Source: an uncultured Alphaproteobacteria bacterium
GTDB lineage: Bacteria; Pseudomonadota; Alphaproteobacteria; Sphingomonadales; Sphingomonadaceae
Reading direction: 5' to 3'
Assembly: GCA_963791765.1 (NCBI GenBank)
Contig: CAWBTL010000005.1
Location: 302,235 to 366,234, forward strand
Length of the DNA: 64,000 nucleotides
Position 1 is the first letter of the stretch. Each line of letters starts with the position of its first letter. Below the pieces are notes generated by a model. It saw only the letters and a program-made list of their open reading frames with translations, did not search any database and had not been told where the DNA came from. The translations under genes and the position numbers were made by a program. Shown piece after piece: positions 44,188-54,581 of the stretch.

Positions 44188-45337
44188 ATGGATTTCCGCT
44201 TCAATGACGAACAGCGGATGTGGAACGACACGGTTCAGGACTTCATGGTCCGCGAAGTCGGTCAGGATTATACGCTCGAACACGATCTGTCGCGCGAATT
44301 TCCCGAGGATGTCTATCGCAAGATGGCGGATCTCGGCTGGCTCGGTCTGCTCGTGCCCGAAGAGCAGGGCGGCATGGCGACCGATCCGGTGATGTTCGCG
44401 ATTTTCTGCGAGGCCATCGGCAAATACAGCCTCGATACCGCCGCCTGCATCATGACCTCGGTGTTCACTGTCACCAACATCTGCCGCCATGGCACGCCCG
44501 AACAGGTCGAGCGCTACATCAAGCCCTTCCTGCGCGGCGACCAGAAGTTCTCGATCTCGATCAGCGAACCGCAATCGGGCTCCGACGCTGCCGGGCGGGC
44601 GCTCGACGGCGCGGCTGGAGGGCGATGAGTGGGTGCTCAACGGCAACAAGGTGTGGTGTTCCGGCGCGCAGCTTCCCGGCGCGGTCATCGCCATCCTCGC
44701 GCGCACCAGCCAGGAGCGTTACGACGGCTTCTCGATGTTCCTGGTCCCCAACGATACGCCGGGGCTGCACATCAAGAAGATGCAGACGCTGGTCCGCAAA
44801 AGCCTCGGCACCACCGAATTCTTCATGGACGATATGAGGATCCCGAAGGATGCGCTGCTTGGCGAGGTTGGCAAGGGCTGGCACTATATCGGCGAGCATC
44901 TCGATCTCGAGCGGCTGAGCATTGCTGCCTCGCAGGTCGGTAATGCCCGGACAGCGCTGGATGACACGAAGAAATACCTCAGCGAGCGCGACGCCTTCGG
45001 GAAAAAGCTCTCGTCCTATCAGGTGCTCAAGCACCGCATGGCTGACGACGAAACCGAACTCGCCGCCGCGCGGTTGATGGTCTATTACGCGGCGGACAAG
45101 CTGGCGCGCGGCGAAAAGGCCAATGCCGACGTCGCCAAGGCCAAGCTGTTCACCGCCAAGACCCTTTTCCAGATCGCCTTCAACGGCATGCAGGCGCTCG
45201 GCGGTTATGCCCAGCTCCCCGAATATCACATGGAACGCTATTTCCGCGAGGCCAAGCACGGCATGGTCGGCGGGGGCACCAACGAAATCCTGCGCAGCAT
45301 CATCGCCAAATCGATGGGGCTGGGGCGTGACGGCTAG
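44188..45337 (+). CDS. Acyl-CoA dehydrogenase with apparent frameshift near 44595
   Basis: SISEPQSGSDA, LNGNKVWCSG, ALGGY and GGTNEILRSII motifs across two frames. Confidence 0.9.
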
Positions 45338-45347
45338 GGGGCGAGAC

Positions 45348-45939
45348 GTGGCGGAGGCGATTGAAGCTGTAGCAGGCCCGCGCGAGGCGATCATGGATGC
45401 TGCGATGCATCTGTTCGGCAAGCAGGGCTATTCGGGCACTTCGATGCGCGACATTGCCGGCGCGGTCGGCGTTCTGCCGGGCAGCCTCTATGCGCATATC
45501 GCCAGCAAGGAAGCCCTGCTCGTCGATATCGTCGAAGGCGGGATCAACCGGTTTCTGGCCGCGATCCGCCCGCACGCCGCGTCGAGGGCAGGCGCCGGCC
45601 GAAAGGCTGCGCGCGATGATCGTTGCGCATGTCGTCGTGGTTGCGGATAATCCCGAACGCTCGCTGGTGGTCTTCCACCAGTGGCGCTTTCTGGGCGAGG
45701 CCAGCATGCAGGCGGCCATTGGCAAGCGCCGCGATTATGAGCAGGCGTATATCGGCGTGATCGAAGCGGGGATGAAGGAGGGGGTGTTCCGTGCCGACCT
45801 CAACCTGCGGATCGCGGTTTTGACCCTGCTGGGCGCGCTCAACTGGTCTGCGGAATGGCTGTCCCCCGACGGCAGGCTTTCGCCCGAGGAGGTGGGCGGG
45901 TTGATGGCGGATACGCTGCTGGCGGGCGTACTGGGATAG
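45348..45939 (+). CDS. TetR family regulator (KstR2/PaaR-like) with apparent frameshift near 45585
   Basis: GYSGTSMRDIA..VG..PGSLY.HI.SKE HTH; C-terminus in ORF 45397-45939 (LGALNW..EW...G.LS.EE). Confidence 0.85.
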
Positions 45940-45993
45940 GGAGCGGCATGGCATTCCCGAAACTTGACTCCCGCACACGCCCGCCATACCAAA

Positions 45994-46007
45994 AACAAAT
46001 GATTGTT
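45994..46007. promoter_or_regulatory. Palindromic operator AACAAATGATTGTT
   Basis: Lies within CAAAAACAAATGATTGTTTTG, downstream of TTGACT(45964) and just upstream of the MaoC start codon. Confidence 0.7.
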
Positions 46008-46018
46008 TTGAGGACAGC

Positions 46019-46489
46019 ATGACAGGTCGCAGCTTCACCGACCCCCAGGCGAAATGGTTCGAAGATTTCGAACTCGGCGATACCATGACCACGCGCGGGC
46101 GCACGGTGGACATTGGCGATATCACCGCTTTTGCAGGGCTGACGGGGGATCATTACCAGCTCCACACCGATGCCGCTTTCATGGAAAAGCTCGCGCTTCG
46201 GGCAGCGGATCGCGCATGGGCCGCTGACCTTTCGCTCGCTGTCGGACTGGTTGGTGGCAGCGGGTTTTACGGCGATGCGATTGCCGCGCTTGTCGAGATT
46301 ACCGGGTCTCAAGGCGACCAGACCGGTGTTTGCCGGGGATACGCTGCATGTCGTCGCCGAGGTCGCCGGGCTCGAGGCGAGCGGCGAGCAAATATGGCAC
46401 ACTGGCAGTGGCCTATTCGGTGCGCAATCAGAGCCGGCGACGAAGTGATGACATTCCTCCAGACCATGCTGGCAAAGCGGAGAGCGTGA
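46019..46489 (+). CDS. MaoC/PaaZ-type (R)-hydratase with several apparent frameshifts
   Basis: FEDFELG, FAGLTGDH..LH.D, RFGQRIAHG and PVFAGDTL pieces alternate between frames. Confidence 0.8.
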   Translation: MTGRSFTDPQAKWFEDFELGDTMTTRGRTVDIGDITAFAGLTGDHYQLHTDAAFMEKLALRAADRAWAADLSLAVGLVGGSGFYGDAIAALVEITGSQGDQTGVCRGYAACRRRGRRARGERRANMAHWQWPIRCAIRAGDEVMTFLQTMLAKRRA

Positions 46490-47712
46490 ATGGCTGAAAA
46501 CTGGCAGCTGCATGTCGATGCGGGGCAGGACAATGACCCGCTGTTTGTCGGCGTCGGCGAAATTCCCTCGGGGAAATTTCCTGATCGCAGCTTTATCGAA
46601 GCGCTGACCAGGGTGGCGATCCTGGCGCTCAGGGATGCCGGCATGGTGCCACGCGATATCGACACGATCCTGCTGATCCCCTGCCTGCACAGCGGCGAGG
46701 ATCAGGCCGATCTGGTGTTCTCGCGCATGGTCGAGGAACTGGGCATCCACGGCTCGTGCAAATCGAGCTACATGGTCCATTCGGGCGGATCGACCAGCGA
46801 CAACGCGGTGCGCGCCGCGCACGGCCTGATCGCGACCGGGCATGCGCACAATGTGCTGGTGCTGCAATGCGAGCGCTGGGGTTCTGCGGACCTCAACGCG
46901 ATGATCACGATGCTGTCGAAGAACGGCATCCCCGGCGAATGGGAACTGCCCACCGGCATCCAGTTCAACGCCATCGGCGCGATGATCATGCGGCGCTATA
47001 TGCATGCCTCGGGCAGCACGGCGGCAGGAAATGGCCTCGGTCTGCGTGACCTTGCGCAACTGGGCAAACCTCAACGAAAACGCGATGTTCTACACCAAGC
47101 CGCTGACGGTCGAGCAGATTCTCGCCTCGCGGATGGTCGCCGATCCGCTGCACAGCTTCGAATGCCCGCCGATGGCCGATGGCGCGGTGGCGTTCGTGAT
47201 GACCAGCACCGGCATCGCCAGAAAGCGCGGGATCAGCCATGGCATCCGCGTTGCGGGATCGGGCGGCTGTGTCAGCCATTATTGCCTGAGCCAGGAAGCG
47301 GATCAGGCCGTGCTCGGCTGGCCTTTGGCGGCAGAGCGGGCGTGGAACCAGTCGGGCTGGGGGCCGGGCGATGCCGATATTGCCGAGATCTATGACAGCT
47401 ACGCCGCCGTCACCGCGATTGCGCTGGAGGGCATCGGCATCTGCGAGAAGGGCGAGGGCGCGCGCTGGTTCGCGGCGGGTCACGGCGATCCGGGCGGCAA
47501 GTTGCCGATGAACACCAATGGCGGGCTGCTTTCGGCGGGGCATACCGGCGTCGGCGGCGGAACGGCGCTGCTGGTCGAAGGGATTCGCCAATTGCTCCAC
47601 CGCGCACCGGTCGAAGCGGCAGGTCGAAAGCTGCGAACGCGCGATCATCGGCGGGACTGGCGGCAGTTACATGGATGCGCAAATCCTGCTGCTCGAACGC
47701 ACCAGGCTAGGA
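46490..47712 (+). CDS. Thiolase-fold protein lacking the canonical Cys (Ltp2/SCP-x-like), several apparent frameshifts
   Basis: HSGGST in place of the NxxCxS motif; CPPMADGAVA, AEIYDSY and NTNGGLLSAGH motifs; end coordinate approximate. Confidence 0.78.
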
Positions 47713-47722
47713 GGTCTGAGCG

Positions 47723-48125
47723 ATGAAGACACCGGTGATCGTTTCCGACTTTCGCGCAGGCCTGGCAGGCGGCGAGCTGCTGATCCAGCACTGCAACGAT
47801 TGCGGCAAGCCCAACATGTGGCCGCGCTATGCCTGTCCGCATTGCCAGTCGGATAATCTTGGCTGGGTAAAATCGGCGGGCAGGGGCGTGCTGCACAGCT
47901 TTTGCGTGCTGCGGCAGGGCGCGCCGGAGCGGGTTCGAGGATGATCTGCCCTATGCCATCGGCGTGGTGAAGCTGGCCGAGGGCGTGCAGCTGCTCGCTC
48001 GGCTTGAGCCGAGCGGCGAGGATGACTGGTCGGCATACAGTTGCGACGATGCGGTCGAATTCGTCGCGGCCAGCGCCGGCGAGATCGATCGCCGCCCTTG
48101 CGCCACTTTCCGCCGCGCGGGATAA
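47723..48125 (+). CDS. DUF35 Zn-ribbon/OB-fold protein with apparent frameshift near 47928
   Basis: CNDCG...WPR..CPHC, then LPYAIGVVKLAEGVQL in the next frame. Confidence 0.85.
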
Positions 48126-49687
48126 TGAACAGCTTTGCTTTCCTTGAGAAATCGGCGCGGCAGTGGCCCGATACGGTGGCGCTGCTGCAGGGCGAGGAGA
48201 GCTACACCTACGCCGAATTCCGCGATCGGGCGCTGGCGGTGGGGGGCAATCTCCGCGCGCTGGGCTGCGAGCCGGGTGACCGCGTGGCCTTCTGCCTCGC
48301 CAACTCGCCGCGGATGATGGAAGTTATCTTCGGCTGCTTCGCGGCGGGACTGGTGGTGGTTCCGGTCAACGCGCGGCTGCATGCGCGCGAAATGGCCTAT
48401 ATTATCGGCAACTGCGGCGCGAAGGTCCTGATCCATGGGCCGGAGTTTGCTCAAGGCATCGCCGCCCATGCCGATCTGTTCGGCGGGCTGGCGCACCACA
48501 TATCGAGCCGACGATTTCGGGCTCACTGCTCAATCCCGCCAATGCCCTCGCCTGCGCGGTCGATGCCGCACCTGAGGACATCTGCTGGCTGTTCTACACC
48601 TCCGGCACCACCGGCAAGCCCAAGGGCGCGATCTGGAACCACCGGATGGTCGCGCGAGTGATCATGAATTACCTCGCCGATCTGCATAATATCCAGCCCG
48701 GCGAGATGGTGTTGCACTGCGCGCCGATGTCACACGGCAGCGGCATCGTCGCGCTGCCGGCGGTGGCGCGCGGGGCGACCAATGCGATCACCGAGAGCGC
48801 CAGCTTCGATGTCGATCATTTGCTCGGCGGCTGTCGAGCGGCTCAAGGTCTCGCATATTGCCTTCATGGCCCCGACCCAGATCATCAAGCTGCTCGAGGA
48901 TCATATGCCGGGCCGCTACGATCTCTCCAGCCTTCAGGCGATCTGCTATGGCGGCGCGCCGATCTATGTCGATCAGCTCAAGCAGGCGATGGCCATGTTC
49001 GGGCCGGTGTTTGTCCAGCTCTACGGTCAGGGTGAGGCACCGATCACGATCACCGGGCTGACGGCGGCGGCGCACCGGACGCTGCTCGATGCTGACGATC
49101 CCCGGATTGGCTCGGCCGGGCAGGTGCGCACCGACGTGGAGGCGCACTGCGTTGACGGGGATGACAACCCGTTGCCCGCTGGCAAGGCGGGCGAAGTCGT
49201 CGTGCGCGGCGATGTCGTGATGCCCGGCTACTGGAACGACCCCGAGGCGAGCGCCGAGGCGCTGCGCGGCGGCTGGCTGCACACCGGGGACATCGGCTAT
49301 TTTGACGATCAGGGCTATCTGTTCCTGCTCGACCGCGCCAAGGACATGGTGATCAGCGGCGGCAACAATGTCTATCCGCGCGAAGTGGAGGAAGTCATCA
49401 TTCTCCATCCCCAGGTGGCCGCTTGCGTGGTGTTCGGCATTCCCGACGACTATTGGGGCGAGGCCGTTCATGCGGTGGTCGTCGCCAAGCCCGGCGCAGA
49501 ACTCTCCGCCGCAGAAATCATCGCCTTTTGCGGGGAGCATATGGCGGGGTACAAGAAGCCCAAGGCAGTCGATTTCGTCGATGAGCTGCCGGTGAGCGGC
49601 TATGGCAAGGTGCTGCGCCGCGAGGTGCGTGAGGCCTATTGGGCCGGGCACGAAACCCGCATCGGTGGTGGAAGGGCTTCAGCATGA
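48125..49687 (+). CDS. Acyl-CoA synthetase with apparent frameshifts (about 48500-48560 and about 48830)
   Basis: FYTSGTTGKPKG, YGQGE, HTGDIG, DRAKDMVISGG and GYGKVLRR motifs over three frames. Confidence 0.88.
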
Positions 49688-50850
49688 AGGGCGTCGCCAT
49701 CGCCGGGATCGGGATGACCCGGTTCGGCAAGCAGACAGGCCGCGGCCTGCGCAGCCTGGCCTTGGCTGCCATCGACGACGCCATCGCCGACAGCGGGATT
49801 GCGTCCGAGCGGATCGAACGCATCTATTTCGGCAACGCCATCGCCGGGACGGTCACCCAGCAGGAAATGATCCGCGGGCAGGTCGCGCTTCGCCATCAGC
49901 CGCTGGGCAGGGTGCCGCTGTTCAACATCGAAAACGCCTGCGCATCGGGAGGCTCCGCCTTCAGCCTCGCCTGCGAGGCGGTGGCGAGCGGGGTGGTGGA
50001 AGTGGCCCTCGCCGTCGGTGCGGAGCAGATGAGCCATGCCGACCGCAGCCGCCCCTTCAATGCCCTGCGCGGCTCGACCGATATCGAGGAAATCGGCGAA
50101 TCCGAACCGGGGCAGATCAGCGCAAACTCGCTGCTGATGGATTATTACGCCGCCGTGGCGCAGCGCTATCTCGATGACTATGGCGCGGAGGCCTCTGACT
50201 TTGCCCGGGTCGCCGTCAAGAACCGGCGGCATGCGGCGATGAACCCGCTGGCCCATTTGCGCGAGCCGCAGTCGCTGGAGGAAGTGCTGGCCAGCCGGAT
50301 GATCGTTGCGCCGCTGTCGCTGCCGATGTGTTCGCCGGTGACCGATGGCGCGGCGGCGGTACTGGTGTGTTCGGAGAAACTCGCGGCGTCGCTGGGCGGA
50401 CCGACGGTGCGGGTGCTGGCCTCTTCGGTGGCATCGGGCGCGGGCGGCAAGCCGGTCGATGATGCCGCGGCCAAGGCTTACGCGGAGACGGGCATGGGCG
50501 CGCAGGACTTTGACGTGATCGAACTCCACGATGCCGCAGCCCCCGCCGAGCTGATGCAGTATCACGAGATCGGCCTGTGCGCCGAGGGCGACGGGTTCAA
50601 GCTGATCCGCGAGGGCACCACCGATCTTGGCGGGCGCACCCCGGTCAACACCAGCGGCGGACTGCTCAGCCGGGGGCATCCCCTGGGCGCGACCGGGGCC
50701 GCGCAGATCGTCGAACTCGTCCTCCAGCTGCGCGGCACGGCGGGGCAGCGCCAGGTCGAAGGCGCGCGGCGGGCGCTGGCGGTCAATGGCGGCGGCTGGC
50801 TCGATGGAACCTATGCGCTGGCGATAGCCACTGTGCTTGAGCGGGTGTAG
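49684..50850 (+). CDS. Thiolase family protein (SCP-x type)
   Basis: NIENACASG, VKNRRHA, CSPVTDGAAA, IELHDA and GGLLSRGHPLGATG motifs. Confidence 0.92.
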   Translation: MKGVAIAGIGMTRFGKQTGRGLRSLALAAIDDAIADSGIASERIERIYFGNAIAGTVTQQEMIRGQVALRHQPLGRVPLFNIENACASGGSAFSLACEAVASGVVEVALAVGAEQMSHADRSRPFNALRGSTDIEEIGESEPGQISANSLLMDYYAAVAQRYLDDYGAEASDFARVAVKNRRHAAMNPLAHLREPQSLEEVLASRMIVAPLSLPMCSPVTDGAAAVLVCSEKLAASLGGPTVRVLASSVASGAGGKPVDDAAAKAYAETGMGAQDFDVIELHDAAAPAELMQYHEIGLCAEGDGFKLIREGTTDLGGRTPVNTSGGLLSRGHPLGATGAAQIVELVLQLRGTAGQRQVEGARRALAVNGGGWLDGTYALAIATVLERV

Positions 50851-50877
50851 TGCGGCGGGCCGAAAATTTCTGCCAGT

Positions 50878-51226
50878 CAATCCTCCCCCGTTGGGGGAGG
50901 TGGGCCACCGCAGGTGGGTTGGTGGGGGTCAGTCGCGGTTCAGGGCATGACCCCCACCGCCTTCACTGCGTTCAGGCACCTCCCCCAAGGGGCAGGGCTA
51001 TCGCATATTCACCTCAACTCTCACCGTTCGTCATCCTGAACTTGTTTCAGGACCCATTTCTCGGCACAACCGGAGCGTAGTTTTCGGGAGGAAACCTACC
51101 GATTTGCGCCCTTTCGGCTTGCTCCGGGCTTGCGGCACGATGGGCCCTGAAACAAGTTCAGGGTGACGAATTTGGAGAGAATTGGGAATATGCGATAGCC
51201 CTGCCCCAAGAGGGAGGATTTTAAGT
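50878..51226. repeat. Mosaic REP-like element: same outer frame as 5945-6262 (reversed) around a GTCATCCTGAAC doublet
   Basis: GGGCAGGGCTATCGCATATTC ... GGAATATGCGATAGCCCTGCCCC arms enclose the 51027-51168 doublet. Confidence 0.85.
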
Positions 51227-51263
51227 GAGTAACAATTCGCGCGTTTTACAATAGGCTGCCGGC

Positions 51264-52071
51264 ATGACCTACGAAACCATCCTGCTTGATCGCCCGGCCC
51301 CCGGAGTCGCGATGATCACGCTCAACCGCCCGGATCGCGGCAACGGGGTGGTGCCCGAAATGGCGCGCGATCTGCTCGCGGCGCTCGAAGCCCTGGAGGC
51401 CGACAAGTCGGTGCGCGTGCTGGTGCTGACCGGGGCCGGCAAGCAGTTCTGCGCCGGGGCGGATCTTGTGCGAGTTCCAGAAATATCTCGCCGAGGATCA
51501 TGCGCGCGAGCAGGAGCCCTACAACGCCCGCGTGCTGTGGCCGGTGACGCAGCGGTTGGTTTCATGCCGCCTGCCGGTGGTGGCTGCAATCAACGGCGGC
51601 GCTACCGCAGGGGGCCTCGATCTGGCGCTGGCCTGCGACATCCGCATTGCCTCGACCAGGGCGAAAATGGGCGAGACCTACATCAAGCTGGGCCTCAATC
51701 CCGGCAATGGCGGCACGTATTTCCTGCCGCGCCTGGTTGGCAGCGGGATGGCGGCGGAGCTGGCGCTGACGGGCGATCTGGTCGATGCCGAACGTGCCCT
51801 GGCGATCGGTCTGGTCAACAGCATCGCCGAGCCTGACGCGCTGATCGCAACCGCAGTGGCACTGGCTGCGCGGATCGCCGAGCGGCCCCGGCTCGCCATA
51901 GAGGCAACCAAGCAGCAGCTTCGCCAGAGCTGGCACATGGATCTGGCCGGATCGATGAACGCCAGTTTCTGGGCCGTCGCGGCGCTGACCTACAGCGACG
52001 ATCTGCGCGAAGGCGTGGCCGCTGCGCTGGAGAAGCGCGATCCGGTTTACAACAAGGGTGATTTGGGGTGA
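51264..52071 (+). CDS. Enoyl-CoA hydratase/isomerase family protein with apparent frameshift near 51470
   Basis: LNRPDRGN and FCAGADL in one frame; AINGGATAGG.DLALACDIR in another. Confidence 0.87.
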
Positions 52072-53099
52072 TCATCGACGCTGTCGTCCACCCATGGAAC
52101 ATGTCGCCCGAAAACCAGAATCCGGCGGCGCAGGCGCAGATCGATGCAGTCTATGCCTCGCACCGGCTCTCCTACGACGAGGCGCACGCCGACTACATCC
52201 TGCAGCCGCATGAATTTTTCCGCGACCTGAGCTTCGATGTGATCGCACGCGCGGAATTTGTCGAAAGCCCGGTGGATTTCGCGATCCTGCATTCGCTCCC
52301 CAATCTCGGCTTCGGGCTTGGACACATTACCCTGCCGGAGAAATGCGCCGCGTTCAGGGATCGCTTCCCGCATCGCTGCAAGATGCTCGGCACTGTCGGC
52401 ACGCCGGTTGCGGCCACGGCCATCGAGGAGATCACCCGCCAGCATGGCGAGCTCGGGATTGACGGGGTCAAGCTCTATCCCGCGTTCTTCTATGACGGCA
52501 AGGGCGAGGGCTGGCGGATGGACGGCGAGGATTGGGCGACGCCCTTCCTGGAGGCATGCCGCAAGCTGGGGCTGACGCGGATCGCGATCCACAAGGCGCT
52601 CTGGCTCGAACCTGCGCCGAAGTCGGCCTTTGGTATTGACGATATGGGTCCGCCGCTCGACCGCTATCCGGACATGACCTTCGAGATGGTGCACGGCGGC
52701 GCGGCGTTTCTCGACGAGACGATCGCCCTGATGCAGCGCCATCCCAACCTTTATCTTACGTTGGAGACGACCTTCTCCTACGTCCTCACCCGCCCGCGGG
52801 TGTTTGCCAAGGTGCTGGGCAAGCTGGTCAGCGAAGTGGGATCGGAGCACCTGCTGTTCGCCAGCGGCAACAACCTGGCGCACCCACGGCCGCTGATCGA
52901 GGCGTTCGATGGCTATCAGTTTCCCGAGGCGCTTCAGCAGGAGTTTGGCATCCGCCCGCTGACGCACCAGGATCGCGCCAATATCATGGGGCTGAACGCC
53001 GCCCGCCTCTATGGCTTCGACCAGCAGCCCATCGACGACCTCTTCTCCCGCGCGCGCGCTGCCGGGGTTCCGGGGCCGTGGAGTGCGATCCGGCCATGA
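52068..53099 (+). CDS. Amidohydrolase_2-fold protein
   Basis: IIDAVVH, GVKLYP, IHK, FEMVHGG, LYLTLE and GLNAARLY motifs. Confidence 0.85.
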   Translation: MIIDAVVHPWNMSPENQNPAAQAQIDAVYASHRLSYDEAHADYILQPHEFFRDLSFDVIARAEFVESPVDFAILHSLPNLGFGLGHITLPEKCAAFRDRFPHRCKMLGTVGTPVAATAIEEITRQHGELGIDGVKLYPAFFYDGKGEGWRMDGEDWATPFLEACRKLGLTRIAIHKALWLEPAPKSAFGIDDMGPPLDRYPDMTFEMVHGGAAFLDETIALMQRHPNLYLTLETTFSYVLTRPRVFAKVLGKLVSEVGSEHLLFASGNNLAHPRPLIEAFDGYQFPEALQQEFGIRPLTHQDRANIMGLNAARLYGFDQQPIDDLFSRARAAGVPGPWSAIRP

Positions 53100-53395
53100 C
53101 CGATCCTGCGCTGATCGCCCGCATCGAGGCGGCACTCACCCGGGTCACCGAGCCGTGCAGCATCGCCTTTGGCAGGCCGATCAGCATCGTCGAAATGGGG
53201 CTGGTCGAGGGGATCGAGGTTTTGGACGGTCATGCCGAAGTCACCCTCTGCCTCACCGACGCGGCCTGTGTTCATTTCGCGGGAATGCAGCGTTTCATCC
53301 GCGACGAGCTGCTCACGCTGCCCGAAATCCATTCGGTCGAAGTCCGGCAAACGCTCGACCAGCTGTGGACGCCGGACCGGCGGCGGGTGGCATGA
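53096..53395 (+). CDS. DUF59/MIP18 (SufT/PaaD-like) protein
   Basis: EPCS...SIVEMGLV...LT...C...WTPDR pattern. Confidence 0.82.
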   Translation: MTDPALIARIEAALTRVTEPCSIAFGRPISIVEMGLVEGIEVLDGHAEVTLCLTDAACVHFAGMQRFIRDELLTLPEIHSVEVRQTLDQLWTPDRRRVA

Positions 53396-54565
53396 ACCTC
53401 GGCCAGACTCTTCCCGGACTCAAGGTGCTCGACCTGAGCACCAATATCGCCGGGCCGTTCGCGGCGATGATCCTCGGCGACATGGGCGCGGATGTGATCA
53501 AGATCGAGCGCCCCCCGCATGGCGACGATACACGCGCACTGCCGCCACAGTTCGAGAGCCAGGCGACTGTCTTCCTCGCCGTTAACCGCGGCAAGCGCAG
53601 CCTGCTGCTGGATATCAAGTCGCCGGAAGGCAAGGAGGCGCTGCTGCGGCTGGTCGAAAGTGCCGATGTGGTGATCGAAAGCTTTCCGCCCGGCCTGGGT
53701 GAGAAGCTGGGCATCACTTTCGAGGCGCTGAAGGCGCGCAACCCGCGTATCCTCATGGCCTCGATATCGGCGTTCGGCGATGGCCCGATAGGCCGGACCA
53801 TGCCAGGCTACGATGCGCTGGTGCAGGCGGTGAGCGGGATGATGAGCTTCACCGGCTCGCCCGGCACGCCCACCGTCCGGCTTGCGCCTTCGGTGCTCGA
53901 TCTCACCACCGGCATGTGGGCGGCGATGGGGCTGCTGGCGGCAGTGATGCGGCGAAATGCCGGGGGAGGGGCCGAGCATGTCCGCCCCAGCCTGATCGAT
54001 TCAGCCTTCACGCTGATGAATCACCAGCTGCTCGGCATGCTTGCGACCGGCCAGCCCCCCGAAAAGCTTGGCTCGGGCGCGCCCAGTGCGGCTCCCTACG
54101 GGGTCTTCCGGACCGCCGATGGCGAAATCATGATTGCCACCGCGAGCGAGCCCCAGTTCCCGCGGCTGTGTGCAGCGCTGGGTCTGGAGGAAGTGGCGGC
54201 CGATCCCCGCTTCGGGGCGATGGCGGACCGGCTGGCCAACCGCGGGCCGCTCGATCGGGCCATCGCGGCTGTTATCGCCGGGCAATCGACCGATCATTGG
54301 CTCGGTCATCTGGGCCATGCGGGGATATCCTGCGGGCGGGTCAACGATCTCGCCGAAGCCCTGGTGCTGCCGGTGGTAGCCGAGCGCGGACTGCTTGAAC
54401 TCGATGCAGCTGCGCCTGCCAATCGAGCCGCCGGGTCAGCCGGCCCGGAGACCGGCTCCCGCGTTGGGCGAACATTCGCAAGAAGTGCTGCAGCAGGCCG
54501 GATTCGATGCACAAGAAATCGCACGGCTGGGTTTCGACCAGGCGACTGGCCTTCTGAGGGGGTAA
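53392..54565 (+). CDS. CaiB/BaiF family III CoA-transferase with apparent frameshift near 54410
   Basis: DLSTNIAGPF, DMGADVIKIE.P..GD, NRGKRS, GYD and VLD motifs; PAPALGEHS.EVL C-terminus continues in another frame to TAA 54563-54565. Confidence 0.88.
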
Positions 54566-54581
54566 AGCTAAGGCTGACATC

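Noticed and set aside
40300-54500. Programmed ribosomal frameshifting as the explanation for the split genes
   Set aside because: No shared slippery motif was seen at the shift sites I examined, and the affected families are not known to use recoding.
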